Below, piece by piece: positions 21,999 to 34,200 of a DNA stretch of 64,000 nucleotides (positions are counted from its first letter, which is position 1; each line of letters begins with the position of its first letter). The notes under the pieces were generated by a model that saw only the letters and a program-made list of their open reading frames with translations, did not search any database and was not told where the DNA came from. The translations under genes were made by a program, and so were the position numbers. The DNA is from Eledone cirrhosa (taxonomy: Eukaryota), in NCBI GenBank assembly GCA_964016885.1, contig OZ024753.1:37758001-37822000 (forward strand). Reading direction: 5' to 3'.

Positions 21999-24900
21999 AT
22001 GGTACGTAAAAGTGAAATTTATAATAATATTCTCGTTTTTGTTTACAGTTGACGTATTTTATTAAGAATTTATATGTTAAATCTTCAATTAATTTTTCGA
22101 CATGTGGGCGCCATTTTTATATGTACTCCATGCGGTTTAATGAACTCTTACTTTGACGAGTTTTCTTATATTGGGCTATTTAAGACTGTTTCAAATCAGG
22201 ATCTTCTACTTTCTTTAGATATCTTATATTATCTATTTATTTTCTAATTAATAACTCCTGATCTGCTTTAGCAAGTGTCCGAATGTCGATTTCACAATTA
22301 TTTAATTTTAACTTCTGAATATTTAATATGGGACCTACAGCTGTAAAAAGCAGTTTTTCAGACTGAGGATCATCGATTAGATAGGAAAAATCATGATGAG
22401 ACTGCATAACTAGTTCTGAATACAATATTACGATCGTCGAAATTTAATTATTAATTAAGCAATCTTTAGTAAGTTTGAGTTAGATCTAAACAAGGAAATC
22501 GACATATATAAACACACTACATCATGGAATTAGAATATATGTATGTGTTCGACTATCTCCACGTATGCTGAGTTTGTTATTTATATTCCGTCTACCACTT
22601 CCGAAAAATGCTCTTTTAATAAACCAACTAATTACTCGTTATTAATTGTCTATGTTAGAATAATTATTTTCGGTGATGCAGCTCCGATCCAGTGCGCCAA
22701 ATCACACTCAACATGTGATTAAGTGTGGAACTTATTGTAACAAGTATATGTTGTTTTTTGAAAAGTCTACTGATGGTATTTTTTATTATGAAATAATATC
22801 ATTTACTTATAAAGAATAACCTAAAACTATATAGGCATTATTTCAAATGCTGTTTTGTGGGAATTCTACTTTAGATTTAATACATTCGGATAAATCGTTA
22901 GTTTTGTGTGGCTATCTAGCTACATTATCGACATGAAAATATTTAAGCCTTTCCTTGCCATATTTCTAATGAAAGATAATGGTCGAAGGTCGGTGTTCGT
23001 GCCTACCCTTAGCTATTGTTATGAATCTTGATTAATAACCGAATGAATACAAGTGGTTAAAATGAAGTTCCCTGAAGAGTTTTTAGATTAACATTATTCG
23101 ATAAGGTACATAGTTCGGAGATCAGTAAGTCCCTCCAGGTAGAACTGCAACTTTTTCGCATTAAGAGATCACTGCTCCGATACTAGACATGTGGTTAGAA
23201 TGTTTAACTAAAAAAAAAATAGAATTTTACGAGGAAAGCCACTCAACAGGAGGCCCAGGGGTAGACTACGAGAAAGATGTATGGATAATAACCATAAGCT
23301 CAGTTGTTGATCCAGTCGGATTATTTGGAGACTGGTGCTTCTGATAGGACCCTCTGGGAGGCGTATCAGGTGTCCACCTCCACAACCTTTTCAGAGATAA
23401 GTGGGGAAATACGATGAATTTGGAGGGATTTAGTAATATAACTTTCTCGTTATTAGGCTGGCATTGAAAACAAGGGGTCTTAAATAAAATTACGATAGGT
23501 ATGTATTAATTGGAGAAGGCTTGAATATCATTGTTACAGGTGGTAATTCAAGTGTTTGTAGTATCTGTTGGACAGATCATTGTGAAAATTTGCAATGTGG
23601 TGCAGTCAGTGCTGTTTTATACTTGTCACGAATGTTTTGCTAATGTGGTTTCCTGCTGTGCAAGATGTTGAGTTAATTGGTGACACTAGCACCCTTTCTG
23701 TTCATCATTCTTGGATCCCATATCCTGGACTGGCAAAAAAAACCTTTCTGGAGAGTTTTGGCATAGGAAGCATATAACTAACTTAAAATCCTGAAATCTA
23801 ATTTCCTATCTTTAAAAATTCAGACATTAATTGAGCCATTGTCTTGCTGTATTTAATTTGTTGAATTTTTTAAATATTTTCAATGCAGGCTCATTGTGCT
23901 AAGGATACTGGTAAGGCTCCAGTGGAAGATGTTCCAGTTCACAGAATTCGCATCACCTTGACAAGTAGAAATGTAAAGAGCTTGGAAAAGGGTGAGTATT
24001 TGTATATATCCAGTTGGCCATGGTTTATTGGTCGTCTGAGTCATTTAAAATTTGACGTCTGCCTTCCATACTTAGCAGATTATCACAGTCCAAGATGAGA
24101 GTTGTCCATTGAAAAGGTTCCTGTTTAAATTAAAATCCAACATAATTTTATATATGGCAGTAAATTTGAGTAAATCTCTCTAAACTGTATTTTATCAGAA
24201 ATATGGTCGTGGAAGGGTTAAATTAGAGTCTAGCAGTGGTTTGTTTATTGGTTTTGGGGTGGCCTCTTACTAATATTTCTAGATAGTGGTTTCATCAGTA
24301 GTTGGCATTGTTTTTTGTCTTTGACTCATTTTGTGTCACTACAAGACATCCATTACGGTCTGTAAAGTGGTTGGTGTTAGCAAGTGCACCTTAAATTCTA
24401 ATCCAACCTATCAACTACCCTTAAAATTAAAAATTCTTTTAGTCTTTGGGAGCTAAGTTTATTAATACTGAAACTGTAAAAAGGATCTATTATAGAATTT
24501 ATGTACACAAAATTTGCTTGAGTAAATCTGTTGCTTGGTTGTTAATGTTTTTTGTTTGTTTTGTTTTTTTCAATACAGTATGTGCTGATCTGATCAGAGG
24601 GGCCAAAGAGAAGCAGTTGAAGGTTAAAGGTCCTGTACGTATGCCTACCAAGATTCTCCGTATCACCACTAGAAAGACCCCTTGTGGAGAGGGTTCCAAA
24701 ACTTGGGATAGATACCAGATGAGAATTCACAAGAGAATCATTGATTTGCACAGCCCATCAGAGATTGTAAAACAAATTGTATCCTTTTTGTATTTGCCAT
24801 TCATAAACACTGTATGGTGGAGTGAGAGGGCTTAAATAACTCAGACCTCATTTGTTTTGTGTCTTCTGGTTAGTGGATGAAATTGATTTTCATGTAGGAA

Positions 24901-26917
24901 AGCTGTGGATGGGTAGCAAATACTTACTCTTAACATCCTGGAATAATTAGGTATAAAATATTTTAAAGTGGGTTTCATTCAAATGTTTGTGAATTATTAG
25001 AGTAAAGACTTCAGTTTTTAATGCTGTTTTAAGATCTTGCTGAAGGGATTTCATGCAATGTAAGACCTTTCGTTGTAGTAACTGCACTAACTAAGCCGGC
25101 CGGATACTAATAATTAGTAGCTGGTGGTATACGGTGCAAATATAAACTTGGTGTCACTAAACAGTAACTGTTTTTACAGTTTACATTTATTGATAGCAAC
25201 ACATTTTGTTAACATTGGTTGATCCTTGTATGGGGGTTCATTGGTGTTAGATTTACTCATCATATTGACCCCAGATGCAATCTGGTGTTTATTTTATCAA
25301 GTGGATAAGTTAACGTTTTTATGTCCGTTTTTCCATGCATTATATTAAAAGTGGATACGTAAAAGATACATAATTTGACGAACCTTTTGTTAAATTACAT
25401 TGCAAATACGGTATTTATATAATAATTTGAATACAGTATATTTCATTATAAATATGTTAGTGAAAGGGTTAAAAAAAAAATACTCTAGCTATGGATAGCA
25501 GTCTGATAATTTAACTTTGTGTAGTAAACAACACTGCTTCTTTTCCCATGTTCCAGTATTTGTTCTTTTCTCAGAATAATCATAAAAGTATAAATTTCGC
25601 AGATTTCTATTTATTCTAAAAGTTCGGGTGTTATTACCTTTTATACTGAACATGTCAGGGTCCCAAATGCAGAAAATAACTGCTACTGTTTTAAACACTT
25701 TCATAGTTCATGGGGTTGTTTGTATGTAAATATATAGGTTGTTTTGTGTTGACGATTTACAAAGATGTTTTATTTTCTGGTGGAAATATAGTATAAGATG
25801 TGTTGGGTTTCCTTGTTACTTGCCATTTGTATTTTACATACATCTACCCCAGGTATTTAATTCTGGTTACTGCACTAACTAAGCCGGCCGGATACTAATA
25901 ATTAGTAGCTGGTGGTATACGGTGCAAATATAAACTTGGTGTCACTAAACAGTTGCTGTTTTTACAGTTTACATTTATTGATAGCAACACATTTTGTTAA
26001 CATTGGTTGATCCTTGTATGGGGGTTCATTGGTGTTAGATTTACTCATCATATTTTTTAAACACTTTCATAGTTCATGGGGTTGTTTGTATGTAAATATA
26101 TAAGTTGTTTTGTGTTGACGATTTACAAAGATGTTTTATTTTCTGGTGGAAATATAGTATAAGATGTGTTGGGTTTCCTTGTTACTTGCCATTTGTATTT
26201 TACATACATCTACCCCAGGTATTTAATTCTGGTTACTGCACTAACTAAGCCGGCCGGATACTAATAATTAGTAGCTGGTGGTATACGGTGCAAATATAAA
26301 CTTGCTGTTACTAAACATTTGCTGTTTTTACAGTTTACATTTAGTTATCGGCAATACATTGGTACCAGATGAAGATTATTTCTTCTATAGCCATATTTCC
26401 AATGAGGTTACTTACTGTCCATATATTGAAGTTATCTTTTAATAGCCAAGTTTGAAGGATTTTAAAGGTTATTCATTGTAAGAAAGTTGGTTGTCTTATC
26501 ATCTCGATTGCTTTTTAAACTATATGAAAAGTAAGAGCAATGACTTTCATAAGAAATATGGTAATGAAAGATGTAGATAATGATATGCAGGCTGCTGCGG
26601 TGATGGCCATAGCCATTGATTTATTATTACATTTAGTGATAAACTATATTCATTAGGTCCTTTTTACAGTTGGATGCTTTTCCTGGGGCCTGTTAAAACG
26701 TAGATATGTACCTATTGGTAGTTTATATGGAAAAGTTTGTCATGGGGCCCTGCTTTTGGCATAGAAAATGGCTTTGTTTATTGAACCCTTAGTGGTAAAT
26801 ATTTTCTAATAACTGTAATATTTAATTGTTAGCTTTATATTCCTTGACAAAATCTTTCAGACATCTATTAGCATTGAGCCTGGTGTTGAGGTTGAAGTGA
26901 CAATTGCAGATGCATAA
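21999..26917 (+). CDS. RPS20: 40S ribosomal protein S20 (uS10), complete, 120 aa, 4 coding exons
   Basis: Exons 21999-22001 (ATG|gtacgt), 23889-23991 ([28 protein letters not shown]), 24579-24778 ([39 protein letters not shown]), 26861-26917 ([18 protein letters not shown]). The protein is near-identical to metazoan uS10. Confidence 0.97.
23110..23380 (+). mobile_element. Old RTE-clade RT C-terminal fragment in RPS20 intron 1
   Basis: Decayed RSxLRY..HVVRM..GGPGVD motif; similar to 43380-43640. Confidence 0.5.
25083..25188 (+). ncRNA. Candidate H/ACA snoRNA, copy 1 (SNORA70-like 5' pocket)
   Basis: Hairpin TGCACT...GGTGCA, H box ATATAA at 25140-25145, short second hairpin, ACA at 25183-25185 followed by TTT. 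The pocket is complementary to 18S GCC-UG-CGGCUUA. Confidence 0.7.
25871..25976 (+). ncRNA. Candidate H/ACA snoRNA, copy 2
   Basis: 5' hairpin and H box identical to copy 1; two substitutions in the loop of hairpin 2. Confidence 0.65.
26237..26342 (+). ncRNA. Candidate H/ACA snoRNA, copy 3
   Basis: 5' hairpin identical, hairpin 2 more diverged. Similarity to copy 1 falls off just after ACATTT. Confidence 0.65.
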
Positions 26918-26930
26918 ATCATGGTTTTGC

Positions 26931-26936
26931 AATAAA
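26931..26936 (+). terminator. RPS20 polyadenylation signal
   Basis: AATAAA 13 nt after the stop codon, followed by a GT-rich downstream element (tgttgttgtgttt). Confidence 0.8.
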
Positions 26937-29664
26937 TGATAAATTTTATTCCTGTTGTTGTGTTTATTTGTTTACTGTTTGTTTGATCCATTACAAGAAC
27001 CATATATTAACTTACTTTCTTAATGAACCCACAATCTTATGGTTGTGGTTTCATTAGACTGTGCCTTTGTGTCATAAAAGAATAAATAGGAAAATTAAAT
27101 ATTTCAGATACACCGTTTACACTTGCATCATTGTGCTGTTAAATAGAGTTTAACCATTTAGCATTTATGTTGTTCTATATTTACTATTGTATTTTCACGG
27201 TAAAGACTTTACCTCACATATCAAATCTGAGATTTTGAGAGCAATACCATAATATCAGTTTGAACAGAAAGAGGTGAGCAAATTCTGGAAGTACTGATTT
27301 GGGTTTGTAATAACATGACTAACTCATGCCAACATATTTTATCTGGTGATGATGATAGCTATTAAAGATTTACTGGCTCTTCTACCAAATAACCAATTCT
27401 ATAATGACTTACCAGGCTGTCAGTGAGTTTGTGGTTCCTGTGCTGTGCTACATTAATAACTAAAACTAAAACTTTCGGCTCAAAGTTCAAGCCCCACCAA
27501 AGTCAGTCCAGTACTGGGGTCAATTCTTTTTACTTCATCTCTCCTCTGACAGAAATTGTCTTCAGACATGGAAAGGGATGAGTTATGGATCCATGGATAC
27601 AACTGAAATGGCTCATACCAGTGTTAACTCTGAAACTAAAATTTGTTTTCACAACTTGGACTGACTTCAGAATGAATTCTAAAATAAATAAAACAAATTA
27701 CATTAGATCTTCAACTTGTCAATGTGAAGTTTGTGGGGGGGGGGGGGGGGGGGGCTGTATTCACGCAGCATTTAAAACTTGAGTACAGCAGATTTCTTCT
27801 CGAGGAAGGATCGACTCCAATACTGGACTGGTGCTTTTTTTTTATAGATCTCAGCAAGATTTGAACGCAGGGAGCCATAAAGACTCAGCTATTTATAATG
27901 AAAAGACTTCATATATAACATCTGAGGATTAAATGAAAACGATTCTGTGACATTCCCAGCCTTGTCACTTCAGACATTGCCAGATGTTATACTGAGACTT
28001 GATCAACTAATGTCTGATCACCAAGCTGCAAAAATTGAGGAGTGTATCTTATATGAGTGGCTGTAAACATTACTTTTGCTATCTTGTCTGCAGTTGAGAT
28101 ACACCAGGGTGTAATGTCTGTTCATCACCCCTTTTTTTTATTTGCAATAAAGTTGTTTTTCCTTGAAATTCTGAAATGGTAGGCACTTGAGTGTTGGGAA
28201 GTGAACTACTCGTGGCAATAAGATTGTTATAATGTGGAGATTGGAATGCCCAGAGGCAACCTATACATTCAGACATTAGAACTAGTCAATACATAAAGTG
28301 ATGAAGAATTGTACCTGTTCCTGTATAATCCTCCAATTCAGCAATCCTGTTAGATTACCATTCAATCAATGCAGCGAAACCAGCTTTCACTTGCATTCTA
28401 CATTTAGCTTGTTTGGCAACTGAGATCCTGATATGGCTGCTTTAACTTGGCAAATACCATCCTGTTTCTATTGTTACCAAAATTCAGTTGCATTTACCAG
28501 CAGAAGACTTAACAATGGGTCAACTGTAGCATTAATTGATGGAAACATGGCAGTGAATTGGACAAAATTGTGGTATTGAGTTAAGACTGTTCTGGTGTTA
28601 ATAAGATAGAGTACCACTAATGCATTGGATTTGGTTTAATTGACTTTCTCCTGCTATTCAAATTACTGACCTTATAGAAACAATTGCGGTGAAAATTAAA
28701 GAAATATATAACTTTAAATAGAAATACAATTAACTGATAAAAAACGCACTAATGATTTACATATGTAAAAACTTTGTTGGAGAAGTATAAAGATTGACAG
28801 GGTTAAAAGGATAGAGGATACATTTATTTAGTATTTTTACTTTCGGTTATTCCCCACTTTTTCATTACCATTAAATTAACTCAAGATGTTGTTTGGCAGT
28901 GTCGGACGCCATGCTTTCCAGCATAGTTACGTCCCTTTACGATCTGAGTTCAAATCCCGCCGAGGTTGACTTTGCCTTTCATCCTTACGGGGTCGATAAA
29001 ATAAAGTACCAGTAATGCACTGGATAATTGCTGGCCTTGTGCCAAAAGTAGAAAATTAAATTAACTCAAGATTATTATATGGTGAGAATAACATTTAAAA
29101 GAAAATAGTTAGACAGATGTTTGGATTCTGTTGGTTTTGTGTGAATCATATTTCCCATCCCTTCGTTTATTGCGTTGTGTCCTTGAGCAAGATACTTTAT
29201 TTCACTTCACTCGACTGGAAAAAAAAATGAGTTGTATCTAGTTTAAAGGGTCGCCTTTGTCACGTGTATAGAATGCTCAGTCACCTGCACATTAATTTCA
29301 CAAGCAGGCTGTTTTATGTTGATAAAAACTCGTCGTCGGAACCGACGGAGGTCCTATGCACATGTACACTCACCCAAACAAATAAGGGAGGTAACTCCCA
29401 TTTCGGATGCATGATGGGAGAACCTGTGAAGTTTTAAAATGGAGACGAAATGTTTACTTTCGGTTGGCAGGTAACTACAAAGTATTCCATATACTTAATT
29501 ATATTAGTTTTCTTCCAATGGAAGTGTTCCAGAATTATTTTAATTCAGTAATATTAACTTAAGCTTACTTTTGTTACTTTCTACAGATTATTTGACTGCA
29601 ATATAGATTATCATAATGACCCATAAACGATTAAAAATTCGGCAGTTTAGTACACTTAATAGCT

Positions 29665-29679
29665 GTTGCTAAGAGCGAT
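29665..29679. promoter_or_regulatory. Candidate RFX X-box upstream of CPLANE1
   Basis: GTTGCT-AAG-AGCGAT approximates the GTTGCY-N(0-3)-RGYRAC X-box of ciliary gene promoters. The ATG exon has an acceptor at 31234, implying non-coding upstream exon(s). Confidence 0.4.
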
Positions 29680-30149
29680 CACTCGAAAACGTATATATAT
29701 ATAAATATATATAATTTACTGTGTTTATTTCTACATATATTATTATATAATGCTCAGTATTTATACTTTGAGCTTGTTAATTGAAGGGTATCAATATGAG
29801 TTAATAACTGTATTTTATTTGTATATATAAATATATACATGTATATGTATTATATATATTACGATAGATTAATATAATTCATTCATTCTAAGGAACATTA
29901 TAACTATTGAAACAAAATTACTCAAAGTTTTGTTTTCGATTTATTAAATTACAATCTATGGAACGTTTTTCATACTAGAAAAGCTACAGGTTTGTTTTTC
30001 AGCTTAGAAACATTCAAAACTAATAGCTATATATTATGTAAATTTTCACATAATCCGTTGTATTAGGAATGGAGTAAGAAAGAGTCAGTTCCATTATTCC
30101 TTCATCTTTCTTTACCAAACTCTTAAAAAGCGATGTGTGTCAGTTATAT

Positions 30150-30352
30150 ACTAGAGTAGGCTGAAACGTTTATCGGCTGATTATGATGGAGTGATGGATG
30201 CTATGGCTGAAATATTGCAATCGTTAATTTCAACTCTTCTTATTAATAACTGCAGTGTTTCTTTCCATTGACTATGTTTAAAAATAAACCTCATTTGGTC
30301 ATTCCATGAGAGTATCTTGGTCAGCTAATGAACTTATCAGCTGATCCTCGTA
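30150..30352. mobile_element. mariner-type MITE; its internal part is tandemly amplified (131-bp unit) at about 32455-32810
   Basis: Degenerate TIRs ggctgaaacgtttatcggctga / tcagctaatgaacttatcagct..ctcgta. The internal sequence matches the reverse complement of the 32.5-32.8 kb repeats. Confidence 0.6.
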
Positions 30353-30750
30353 TATGTATGTGTGTATGTATATATATATGTGTGTGTGTGTATGTATATA
30401 TATAAATTATAGCAGGAGAATAAACAACCAAATACTTGAAACATTATTTATTTGTTTACAATTATTTCAGAGGACAAAATCGCAATTCGATATATATATA
30501 TATATAAATCATCATATATATAAATGATATTAATAAATGGAAACTATCTTTATAAAACCATATTTATAAACTAAATTTGTTGAATAATCAACAAATTAAA
30601 TAACTCATTGCTTATATATATATTATATATAATTAAATAACACTCATTAAGTTTTATATATATACATAAATAACATTACAAATTGCTCACAATTCTTTTA
30701 GAATGAAAATATAAACATATATATGTGTGTGAGTAGGTATGTATATATAT

Positions 30751-30889
30751 ATATTTGAAAAAAGGAAAAGAATGACTTCACTTGTAGTTCTAAACAAATT
30801 GATTTAATTTTATAATATTATAATATAAAATTAAATCAATTTGTTTAGAACTACAAGTGAAGTCATTCTTTTTCTTTTTTTCAAATATA
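30751..30889. repeat. AT-rich near-perfect palindrome, about 139 bp
   Basis: aaagaatgacttcacttgtagttctaaacaaattgatttaattttata and its reverse complement. Confidence 0.9.
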
Positions 30890-30943
30890 CCTAACTGTAC
30901 CAAGGGTATCACACATTTTCTAATATATATAGATATATACATA

Positions 30944-31043
30944 CAGGGTGTGTCAAAAAATGTATACACACTTTGATTACCTGTCCAGGCAATGTTTATT
31001 AGAATGCTGTTGAAGTGTGTATACATTTTGGGAGGACACCCTG
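30944..31043. mobile_element. 100-bp Tc1/mariner MITE
   Basis: TA|cagggtgt..aaaatgtatacacactt / aagtgtgtatacatttt..acaccctg|TA. Confidence 0.75.
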
Positions 31044-31282
31044 TATATATATATATATATGACAGGCTTCTACTGTTTTATATAGATGCTGGACCCATCT
31101 TTTTTCTCAGTTCATCTTAACCCAGAAATAAGTTTTTAAAAACTTGTCTTATACACCAAAAACTATGGTATGCTCTCAGTATAGTTTGTCTGAAACATGG
31201 AAGGATCACTACTATATTTTCTTTATTTTAACAGGTAGGAAACCTGTAGTAAAATGTGAAAAATATACTCAACAAAGTCAAT

Positions 31283-34200
31283 ATGGCTGAAGATCTAACA
31301 ATTTATCTGAATGTTATTGCTTCTACTAACATTAAAAGAAAGAAACCATGGTCACAGATTATTTGGATTGGAAAGGTAAAAATATTAGATTTATTTTAAC
31401 CCTTTTGTTACCATATTTCTAATAAAAGACACTGCCTATGATTTTTCAAACATTTTGAAAATAATCAAGAATTTGGAGGGACTTGATAATATAATTAATT
31501 ATCTCGTTATTAAGCTGGTTTTGAGAATAACAAAAATTAGGATGGAAGTTTTGCATCTTAGAACCTTCAGCTGTTTCAGGTGGGTATTAAAAGTGTTAAA
31601 GTAATTTTGAAACAAATTCCATTATATATAGAGAGAAAAGTGGATGTAAAATGATGATGATATATATATATATTTATATTTATATATATCATCATCATCA
31701 TTTTACGTCCGCTTTTCCCTATATATATAATGGAATTTGTTTCAAAATTACTTTAACCCTTTATCATTTAAACCGGCTGTATCCGGCCAGAATTTTCTCA
31801 CCTCTTTCTGTTCAAACCAGCTGTAACCGGCCACTCATAGTAATGTTAAGGTATTGTTCTCAAAATAAATGATATCAAAATCTCGTAGATTCGATATTAT
31901 GTGAGATAAAGCCTTTACCATGAAAATACAATAGTAAATATAGAGTAATGTGAATGCTAAATATATATATGAAGCTTTTGTAAAGTTTTGCTCAAAACAC
32001 CAATTAGATGTGTTACTAAATAGATAAATTCTAGTTATTTTACAAGAGCAGTTTATATTGACTAATATTTTAGAATTCAATTCAAACCAATAGGAGTGCA
32101 TTTAATTAAAATATTAATGTTTTCTTTTATTCACTTCTTCAGGAAGGAGAAGAAAGTCTCATTCTTTTGGATCCGAAACGAATAAGTCTGCTGTACCTTC
32201 CAGATGGGAAGACAAAGAAAACCATTCCTAAAGTGTCATCTCTTGTGGCTGAGAGCATTTCTGTCAATTACTCAAACAACGGTACACTTTATTTACTATA
32301 TTTCATCGTCATCATCGTTTTTACGCCCGTTTTTCCACATTCACATGGGTTGAACAGGTCCTTTTTCAGCACAGCATCTCTCCACTCGTCACGATCCTTA
32401 TTAAAGGAAATAGATTTTTGAAAAAAAAACAATAAGCTTAAGAAAGAATAGTCCTTGGAAAGAAACAATACAGTTTTTAATAAGAAGAGTTGAAATTAAT
32501 GCATGCAGGATTTCACAACTCTAGCATTACTTCTTTATAGTTAACCTATGGAATTACCAAATGAGGTTTATTTTTCAACATACTCCCTGGGAAGAAACAA
32601 TGCAGTTATTAATAAGAAGAGTTGAAATTAATGCATGCAGGATTTCACAACTCTAGCATTACTTCTTTATAGTTAACCTATGGAATTACCAAATGAGGTT
32701 TATTTTTCAACATACTCCCTGGGAAGAAACAATGCAGTTATTAATAAGAAGAGTTGAAATTAATGCATGCAAGATTTCACAGCTCTATGAACCTTTCAAC
32801 CCACCTTCGTATTTTACCATTAAAGGAAATTAATTTTTTTGAAAAAAAAAGAAAATGAAAGCTTAAGAATAATTATATTTTTAAATGGTCATTTTTAATA
32901 CATTGATAATAAAATTTAATTTCAGGATTATACTTAGCTGGTTTACTCCATAATGGTTTGGTATTTCTTTGGAAAAAAGATGGCAACAAACTTTGGATGA
33001 TTGAAGGCTTTCCTCAATATGTCTCAAATTGGGAAACAAATCAAAGTATGAAACAAAAGTATTTTTCATCTTGAACTCTTTTGGTATCAAACTTCTCTTT
33101 CTTTCTTCTATGACTTAAAACTAAGTATTTTGAAATATTTATATTTATCTAAAAAAATCTTCCATCATATTGTTTTGTCAGAAGCTTTGTTGCTAACACC
33201 AGCTGGGTAATCATCACATCACCATCGTTTTTAAGTCCACTTTTTCCTGCTTGCATGGGTTGGATGGGTCCTTCTCAGCATGGAAGTTATTTATATTACT
33301 AAATGCCTCCAAATTCTGGATTGTTTTTAAATTATTTAAACTAGCACGTGTAGTGTGTATATTGATATTATACGCAAGTATATATATATATACATGTAGA
33401 TATGATACATCAAATAAAATCGTAATTGACAATATACACAGAAATTGAACGAAGACTGTGTTACATTGTCTTATGTAATCAGTAACGTAATCCATGATAC
33501 ATTAAAAAAAAGATGATATTATATATAAACTGCATTAGCAGAAAATTAGTGACAGAAAATCAATATGTTTATTTAAGCAATCACCACCGGAAGTGTTGAC
33601 ATTTGAACATTTTAAAGCAGTGAATCTTTAAATAAATAATAAAATATATTTAATGAACAGCCACGAAATTTAGTAGATAAATTATGTAATATTCATTCAT
33701 TATTTATTCAAAGTAATCCAACTTATTTTACTAATGGGATAAAAAATGATAAACCGTACACTGTCCCCCGCTTCTTACTTTATTATAGTTTAGATATGAC
33801 AGACAGATTATTTCATTGGAAATATACTAACAAAAGAGTTAACATATTCCTTCTGACTATATTTATAGGGTTTGTTCTGTTGTGCATGATATGTGTAATG
33901 TGAGTTGGGTTATTTTGTTAGCTGAATATATTCTGTATGTTTTGTGTAACCAGTGTTTCCTTATATGTATTTTTTCTCTCTTCAGATTCTTACAGTATTT
34001 ATGTATCTGATGAAGCTACAAAGGTATTGGTTGCTGCCAGTGATGGCAGTGTCTATATTTGGCTTTGGTCATCAGTATCTTCCAGTTCTGTCAAGGAACA
34101 GAGTGCTATTGGTTGCTGGTATCCAGTCGATATTGCTGAAAACATTCAAGGTTATTTTAAAATGACTGACCACCCTGTGGTAACAGCTAAATTCTATAGC

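Larger units (their letters stand above)
24779..26860 (+). other. U12-type (minor spliceosome) GT-AG intron of RPS20
   Basis: 5' splice site GTATCCTTT; branch site TTCCTTGAC at 26840-26848, 12 nt before the end of the acceptor. Confidence 0.9.

Noticed and set aside
22360-22420. C/D snoRNA-like ATGATGA and CTGA boxes in RPS20 intron 1
   Set aside because: No complete C..D arrangement with a terminal stem or a recognisable rRNA antisense element.
25083-25138. Alternative snoRNA target 18S GCCGUUCUUAGUUGGUG
   Set aside because: Pairing would consume the lower stem and put the site too close to the H box; the Psi1232-type pairing fits the 14-nt rule.
27900-28560. Coding-looking intergenic stretch (ORF 28079..28276)
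   Set aside because: Short ORFs, no recognisable domain or splice structure.
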